A DNA stretch of 64,000 nt from the human T2T-CHM13v2.0 reference genome, Homo sapiens. Position numbers and translations under genes: made by a program. Of the stretch, positions 60,881 through 64,000 are shown piece after piece. Below the pieces are notes generated by a model. The model was not told the origin of the DNA. It saw only the letters and a list, made by a program, of their open reading frames with translations, and searched no databases. Where the stretch lies: assembly GCF_009914755.1 (NCBI RefSeq), contig NC_060933.1; one strand, given 5' to 3'. The stretch's first letter is position 1, and each line of letters starts with the position of its first letter.

Positions 60881-61425
60881 TCCATTCCATCCCCAGAAGA
60901 GTGTTTCCTGGATTTAGGAAATTCATGACAGGTTATACACTTGTGTGCTATCCTCTGCCTACCTAAAGATGTCACCACTAATCCTTTTTAGTAAAATATA
61001 TCATTCTCCTCCTCATTTATTTTATATAGTTGGGTTTCCATTCTTTGCTATATCTCCTTTTGAAATAATTGACTGTAAATGTTTTCTTGTGATAATGAGA
61101 TAATGATAATACCATTACATAGGACAAAATATCGAAAATAAATACGTGGGAAATGCTTAACTTTGTTAATAATAATGTATCATTTTGTGCCTTACTGGAC
61201 ACTTCTATTCTACACTCCTCACCCTAAAAAATCCAAAGAGAAACAAACAAAAAAAATCAGCACAAAACTGACAAGATTATGATAAAACCAACACATTCAT
61301 ATATTGCTGAGGGAAATATAAACTGTTGCCTCTATTTGGGAAAACAATTGGGTAACATATACTTGTATTTTAAAAGAATATGTAAGCCATGTGCATGAAA
61401 GCGGTTTTGAAAGTTTAGGATAACA

Positions 61426-61697
61426 GGCCGGTTGCGGTGGCTCACACCTGTAATCCCAGCATTTTGGGAGGCCGAGGTGGGTGGATCACCTGAGATCAGG
61501 AGTTTGAGACCAGCGTGGCCATGGTGAAACCCCGTCTCTACTAAAAATACAAAAATTAGCTGATCTGGTGGCACGTGCCTGTAATCCCAGCTTCTTGGAA
61601 GGCTGAGGCAGGAAGAATCACTGGAACCTGGGAGGTGGATGTCGCAGTGAGCTGAGACCAGGCCAGCCTGGGCAACAGAGTGAGACTCTGTCTCCAA

Positions 61698-61740
<43 letters not shown>

Positions 61741-61744
61741 AATA
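61426..61744 (+). mobile_element. AluS with an (AATA)11 tail and a short internal deletion in the right arm
   Basis: Full dimer with the tetranucleotide tail at 61696-61739; TSD gaaagtttaggataaca 61409-61425 / gaaagttaaagataata 61745-61761. Confidence 0.9.
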
Positions 61745-62139
61745 GAAAGTTAAAGATAATAGCAAGAAGGGGAAATTTAAACATTCAACGAAAGAAAATG
61801 ATTAGGTAAATTGTGGTCCAGTTATACAGAGGAATATTATGGATTTATTAAAAAATATAACCAAAAGTCTGTTATATGTCAGATATATGAGAAAAACATG
61901 GTGAAAAAAATCGGATTATTTAATTGTATGCTTAAACTTTTTACAATTTATACAAAAAAGCATACAAAGACCAGAAAGTCATTTGTCTGATTTTAAATGT
62001 AATATCAAGTAAAAATGTAATGTATTTATTTTTAGAAGTTATAAAATAAAGTAAAGCATATAGAATAAAATAAAAACCAGTCTTAACTTTATAACCCTAA
62101 AATAACACTTTGATATATGTATGTCTATGCGTATTCTTC

Positions 62140-64000
62140 TATTACAGCTTCTTTGAGGTATAATTAAATATGATAAACTGTACATAAAGTGTATAATTTA
62201 TAAGTTTTGATACATATACACACAAATGATACGTATATCACTGCAAGTAAGCATGTCTTTCACTTCTAAAACTTTCCTTTTGCCCCTTTATAATTCCTTC
62301 CTCCCATCCTAACATTGAGAAGCAGCCAGTGATTTCTGTCATGATAGATTGGCTTGAATTTTCTAGAATTTTATACAAAAGAAATTATATGTGCACTCTT
62401 TTTTGTCTGGCTTATTTCAATCAGCATAATTATTTTGAAATTCACCCATGTTGTGGCCTGTATCAATTTCATTGTATAGATTTATCACTTGTTTATCTAT
62501 CTACTTGTTAATGGACATTTGGACGATTTGAGGTCTTTGGATGTTACAGATAAAGTTGCTATCGACATTTGTGTACATGTACTTTCATTTTCTTGGGTAA
62601 ATATCTAGGAATGTAGTGGCTGGATCATATAGTAGGTGTATGTTTAACTTTTTAAAAAATTGACAAAATATCTTCCAAAGTGGTTATACCATTTTATATT
62701 CCTACCAGTGATTTGTCAGTTCCAATTCCTCCACATGCTTGCCAAAAGTTGATATGGTCAGTCTTTTAAATTTTAGTCCCTCTGAAAGGTGTGTAGTATC
62801 TATATTGTCATGGTTTTAATTTGCATTTCTTTAATGACTGCTGATGTTGAACATCTTTTAACATGTTTATTTACCATCAGTCTATCTTTTTTGGAGATGT
62901 GTTTGCTCAAATCTTTTGCCCATTTATTGTTATTAATTTCTTATTATTGAGTTTTGACAGCCCTTTGTGTGTTCTGGAAACAAGTTCTTTATCAGATATG
63001 TTATTTGCAAATATTTTCTGCCATTCTGCAGGATATCCTTGCATTCTCTTAACAATGCCTTTCGAAGTCAAGGCCTTAATTTTGAGGAAGCCCAATTTAT
63101 TAATTCTTTCTTAAGTGGACCATGCTTATGATGTTGTATCATAGTTACTTTCACCCAACCCAAAGATTTTCCCATACAAATTTTACAGTGTTAGGTTTTA
63201 CATTTATATCCATTTCAAGTTATTTTTTGCATGTGATTTGAGTTTTGAATTGATGCTGATTTTTTTTTTTTTTTAAATAGAGTCTTGCAATGTCACCCAG
63301 GCTGAGTGCAGTGGCAAAATGACGGCTCCCTGCAGCCTTGAACTCCCAGGCTCAAGCGATCCTCAGCATCAACCTTCCAAGTAGCTGGGACTACAGGCAT
63401 GTGTCACCAAGCCTGGCTATTTTGTTTAAATTTTTGTAGGGGTAGAGTCTTGCTTGCTTTGTTGCCCAGGTTAGTCTCAAACTTCTGGGCTCAAGCGATC
63501 CTCCCACCTCAGGCTTTCAAAATGCTGGGATTACAGGCATGAGCAACTACAGCCAGTTGAAGTTGATTTTTTAAATATGGATTTCAAATTGTTCCAGCAC
63601 CATTTGTTGAAAAGTCTGTGCTTTCTTTACTGGATTGTCTTTGTATCTTTGTCAAAAATCAACTGATGATGTACGTGTGGATTTATTACTGGACTCTTTA
63701 TTCCGTTTCACCTATTTGTTGATCCTGATGCCCCACCACAGTGTCTTGACTACTGTAGGTTTGTACTAAGTTTTAAAGTCAGGCTATGTAAGTCCTTTAA
63801 CTATGTTCTTCTTAAAAGCTTGTTTTGGTTATTCTAGGCCATTTGCACTTCCTTACAAATTACATAATTGGCTTGTCAAATTCTATAAGGATGTCTCCTG
63901 GAATTTTGATTGGGTTTGCGTTGAATCTATACATCAATTTGAAAAGAATTAACATCTTAATATTAAGTCTTCGGATCCATGAACACAGTATATCTTTCTA
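62140..64000 (-). mobile_element. Old L1MD/ME element (3'UTR and ORF2), running off the window end
   Basis: gcttctttgaggtataatt... 3' end; ORF2 antisense motifs (ttccagcaccatttgttgaaaag; ttgaatctatacatcaatttg). Confidence 0.75.
63260..63556 (-). mobile_element. AluJ (Jo-like) inside the old L1
   Basis: ctgcagccttgaactcccaggctcaagcgatcctc; degenerate TSD ttgatgctgattttt / ttgaagttgattttt. Confidence 0.88.

Overview
Primate genomic DNA, most likely human or great ape given an AluYa-lineage element and an L1PA2/3 insert. It is AT-rich and dominated by retrotransposons. I find no intact protein-coding gene. The only gene-derived sequence is a full-length processed beta-actin (ACTB) pseudogene at 1149-3277. 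From 3.7 to 24.9 kb the window is two 'Russian-doll' clusters of nested elements (L1MA hosts carrying L1PB, L1PA, Alu, MST and a complete THE1 provirus), and their insertion order can be read from target-site duplications (TSDs). The most unusual items are: an L1PA with two different tandem 3' ends inside one TSD pair; a ~33-bp micro-L1 insertion with TSD; a twin-priming inverted L1PA2/3; an L1MA whose 5'UTR is fused to mid-ORF2; an 81-bp triplication; and several perfect inverted repeats (17, 15, 10 and 10 bp stems) in the less repetitive intervals. I cannot support a claim of a new biological system from this sequence alone. Subfamily names are recalled from consensus sequences and need RepeatMasker/Dfam confirmation.
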